Source: Diplonema japonicum
Lineage: Eukaryota; Protista; Euglenozoa: Diplonemea
DNA: 64,000 nt
Assembly: GCA_964019335.1 (NCBI GenBank)
Contig: OZ025667.1
Span: 310,001-374,000, forward strand
Direction of reading: 5' to 3'
A model generated the notes under the pieces. It was not told the origin of the DNA and did not search any database. It saw only the letters and a list, made by a program, of their open reading frames with translations. Shown here piece after piece: positions 63,123-64,000 of this stretch. The position numbers were made by a program, and so were the translations under genes. The stretch's first letter is position 1. Each line of letters begins with the position of its first letter.

Positions 63123-64000
63123 ATGTCCGGGAATGCCATAGATCTTGATGCAATTGACATTGATGAGATAGCACCGGAGAAGAAACGGCGACGGTGCCCT
63201 GACAGCGCGGAAAAGAAGGCCAAGCAAGCTAAGACGAAGGACGAGGACGACTATGATCGCAGGATTCAAGAGCGTATGAAGAGATTGCGGGACAAGAGTC
63301 TGTCGCCCGAGCGAGAGAGGAAGCCTATTGAGAGCCACCCCGTACGGGAAGACGAACAGAAGAACGCCCCCCGTCAGCCACCACCTGAGCGCTCTGCGCC
63401 TGTCTTGCAGGCGGACAAGGACGACTTCGAAGACACACCTAATGAAAGCGATCTCATGAAGTCCTCGTTGTGCTTTAGCGAGAGGGACGAGGCGGCATTC
63501 GAAGAGTTGAAAAAGTCAGGGAAGCCTATGACAAAAATCCAAATACAGTTGGAGAAGGCGAGAATGCACAAAGAGCGTGCCAAGAAGCAAGCAAAAGAAG
63601 ATGCAGGATTGAACCCGAAAAAAAGGTTTGGCGCTCGTGCGCGCGAGTACCAGATGATGCGATCAACCGTGACCCACTGGTCAGACAAGACACTTTCGAA
63701 GATGACAGAACGTGACTGGAGGATTCTGAGGGAAGACTTCGAGATTCAGGTACTAGGATCTGGTGCCACGTGCCCCCTACCGATGAGGAACTGGGCAGAG
63801 GGGTACCGGGAAGGGGTACTGTCCCCCATGGTAATGGAAGCCATCAATACAGCCGGTTACAGAGACCCTTCTCCTGTGCAGATGGTATGCATTTTTTAAA
63901 AGTTAAATACTCTCTACTCAAATCAGGCTTGCATCCCTGTCGGCATCAAGAGACTGGACCTTATTGGCTTAGCAGAAACTGGGTCTGGTAAAACCTGCGC
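63123..64000 (+). CDS. DDX23: DEAD-box helicase PRP28/DDX23 (5' part, truncated by window end)
   Basis: HWSDK...MTERDWRILREDF, PMRNW.E, GY.DPSPVQ, DLIGLAETGSGKT; intron 63885-63926. Confidence 0.92.

Noticed and set aside
11753-64000. Alternative genetic code or stop reassignment
   Set aside because: Long conserved ORFs read through cleanly in the standard code, and TAA, TAG and TGA are all used as terminal stops

Overview
Eukaryotic protist DNA, most likely a euglenozoan (diplomonemid/diplonemid-like; this is inference, not a database result). The window has two parts. (1) Positions 1-11,700 are a transposon-rich, homopolymer-laden island. It holds an APE+RT non-LTR retrotransposon ORF, an 897-bp TIR-bounded element packed with tRNA-like/B-box modules, a decayed pogo-type DDE transposase, a 104-bp TA-flanked MITE and several dispersed retroelement 3' relics. 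(2) Positions 11,750-64,000 are a directional cluster of about 24 protein genes, all on the + strand, with short spacers and pyrimidine-tract/AG sites before the ATGs. About 45 tiny GT-AG introns (mostly 30-40 nt, donor GTATG) interrupt these genes. Recognisable products are a PKD2-type channel, outer-arm dynein heavy chain, EF-hand protein, vitamin K-dependent carboxylase, eIF2D, LicD, cyclophilin, TSNAXIP1, DnaJ, LRR protein, GRAM-VASt lipid transporter, XAP5/FAM50, dual-specificity phosphatase, ARP1 and PRP28. The most interesting items are an FNR-like reductase fused to a gamma-carboxylase, an ARH + bacterial-PARG double pseudoenzyme, the tRNA-module-carrying TIR element, domain insertions (PDZ in eIF2D, zinc finger inside GRAM) and a strong 3' clustering of introns in long genes. 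All family assignments were made by eye from motifs; no searches were run.
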